Source of the DNA: Chrysemys picta bellii
Lineage: Eukaryota
Direction of reading: 5' to 3'
DNA: 64,000 bases
Assembly (NCBI RefSeq): GCF_011386835.1
Contig: NC_088791.1
Location: forward strand, 355,198,001 to 355,262,000
Position numbers and translations under genes: made by a program. Positions 61,933 through 64,000 of the stretch are shown in pieces. Within the stretch, counting starts at the first letter, position 1; every line of letters begins with the position of its first letter. A model generated the notes under the pieces. It searched no databases. It was not told where the DNA came from and worked only from the letters and a program-made list of their open reading frames with translations.

Positions 61933-62930
61933 GGAGTAGGGGTGAAGGTGTCAAACTCTGAGGCACAAGGGTGTCACCTTCATGTACTGTACGTTCCCCT
62001 GACTTTCTGTACGTGCCCAGGGTCTAGGATGATGGTCGCAGTTCTAATGCCTGAATAGAGGGACAATGTTAATATAAGACAGTACATGCACTACTGGAGG
62101 CTGTTCTTATGGGTGAAGCAGATTGGTCGCTCTTCACACACTGAAAAATAACGTCATCATTATTTAGAGAAATGAACTATGAACAACAAACCCATCTAAC
62201 GCCAATTAAATATTTTGTGATACTCCATGCATCAATAATTCCTACGTTTCAGCGTGGAGTAACCTCAAGAGGCAGCAGCAGGAAACACGAGTGTGGGACT
62301 TTAAAGACATCACTTAAATATCCATGGTTGGTAAAGGTAAGGATCACCAGGAATGAGGATATTAAGTAGCTGAAGAAGAAAAGGAATTCTAGAAATAAAT
62401 TAGGGCAATTCCTGTGTTTTAAATGTAAACTATTAAAAAACTGAAGGTAAAGATTAAAAAAAGATTTGAAAGGATTAGGAAACTATGGAAAAGCTGGTAT
62501 CGGGTTAGTTCAAGAATAAAATTCCAAGAATATAAATAATGCTAGTCAATGACAAGGTTTATGCAAAACCGGTCTTGTGAAGAAACCTGAATCCATTCTT
62601 TTGTTAGGGTAAACATTTGGTTTGTCAATAGAACTGTGCATATGCAATAAGCTTTGATTTTTCTGTCATTTTAATTTATTCAGGGAAAACGGTGAGGTAA
62701 AATAAATAACACTCTACAATATCATTGGAGCACACACAAAATGGACCAAAGACTAGCTGACAGAGAGACCTCAGAAAGCACTTGCAGTGACTGGGGCTTT
62801 TTCTAGTGGGGTTCTGCAGGGATCAGTCCTGGGCCTGATGTTTCATCACTGACCTGAAAGGAAATAGAAAATCACTGCAGATTTGGGACAACCCAAAGAC
62901 TGGCAGAGTGCTGAAAATGAGGAGGACAGG

Positions 62931-63051
62931 TAAGGTGACCAGATAGAAAGTGTAAAAAATCAAGACTAGGTGGGGGGAAATAGGCTCCTATACAAGAAGA
63001 AGCCCCAAATATTGGGACTGTCCCTAAAAATTTGGACACCTTGTTACCCTA
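62931..63051. mobile_element. hAT-type MITE, orthologous to 48491
   Basis: Same 5' TIR and position; flanks AGGACAGG / AGGAGATG. Confidence 0.75.
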
Positions 63052-64000
63052 AGGAGATGGCAGCCTTATCAGTTGATCTGGAGCATTGGTAAGAGTATTT
63101 ACATTAGTGAATGTATTAATACAGTCAAATGCAAACATATTCTCTCAGAACAGGGAATGCAGGCCTGACCCACAGTCTGGGGTACTGTATTATGCAGTGC
63201 AATGACCCTGAAAAGGATGTAGAGGTCAATGTTTAAAATCAACTCAAAAGGCCAATCCTCGGAGGCATAAAAAAGGGAGTGATGAGTTGCAGCACAAGAT
63301 GGATTTTGCCTCTGTACATGGGGAAACCAAATTCATCCAGTTCTGGGATCCACATTTTAAAAGGATGTTGGAAAATTGGAGATGGTGCTGAAAGGAGCCA
63401 CAAAAATGATTGGAGGCTGGAGACAATGTCGGACCATGAGAGATTTGAAGGGTTTCATCTTTTTAACTTATCAAAAAAATTATGAAGCTGACACTTTCAT
63501 GGGGAGAAACCTGTGCGTGGTGATGGCCTCTGTAATCTAGAGGAGAAAGGCAAAGCAAGGTCCAATGGGTGGAAGCGGAACGTGGACAAATTCCAGCTGG
63601 AAATAGTGGCAAATGTTCAGCACTGAGGGTGCTTAACAGGTTGGAACAAACTGATAAGGGAAGTGGTGGATTCTCTAGCTCTCCGTGTCAGTAGATCCAC
63701 ACTGAATGCTTTATTGCAAAATCTGCCTGAACGCTTGTCTGAATTAAAACGCTATAGCAGCACTGCCTTAGTGCTTCTGTGTAGACACTACTTACACCAC
63801 AGGCAGGGTTTCTTCCATCTGCTCCCGAAGAGGTGATATCTAGGTGAACGCAAGATTTTTTTCATCTACCTTATCATGAGAAAGATCAGAAAGTGGTGAA
63901 ATACAAAGCCACATGATCAAAGAAACTGGGAATGTTTGGATTGGAAAAGAGGAGATTAAGGGGGGAACATGATAGCAGTCCTCAAATACTTCAAAAGGCT

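Larger units (their letters stand above)
53460..64000 (+). repeat. Older tandem paralog of ~39420-49600 (gene 5 unit versus gene 6 unit)
   Basis: Collinear CR1 pieces, LTR end, OR (offset 15,216 bp) and hAT MITE; differs by lineage-specific insertions. Confidence 0.85.

Overview
Vertebrate genomic DNA, almost certainly turtle. This is inferred from tRNA-derived SINEs with CR1-type tails, turtle-type CR1, Penelope and Gypsy remnants, and the OR leader sequence. The window is part of a class I (OR52-like) olfactory receptor cluster with six intact, intronless 315-codon receptor ORFs. Four lie on + (3154, 8973, 22050, 35143) and two on - (46716, 61932), converging tail-to-tail across about 36-46 kb. 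Genes 2-4 lie in a recent ~13.1-kb tandem triplication (partial copy 4531-14929, full units 14930-28063 and 28064-41140). Genes 5-6 lie in an older ~15-kb tandem duplication, and all six share homologous CR1-derived upstream flanks. Most of the rest is decayed or nested transposable elements. No prokaryotic-type system (CRISPR etc.) is present. The most notable observations are: (1) a charged residue (D, E or K) at TM6 position ~6.51, two turns below the carboxylate-binding R6.59; (2) mosaic, coding-region-focused divergence among the triplicated ORs; (3) a conserved candidate OR promoter ~4.2 kb upstream; (4) per-paralog changes to the 5' leader and splice acceptor; (5) Penelope insertions carrying hammerhead-like motifs. 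All coordinates and counts were read by eye; no alignments or database searches were run.
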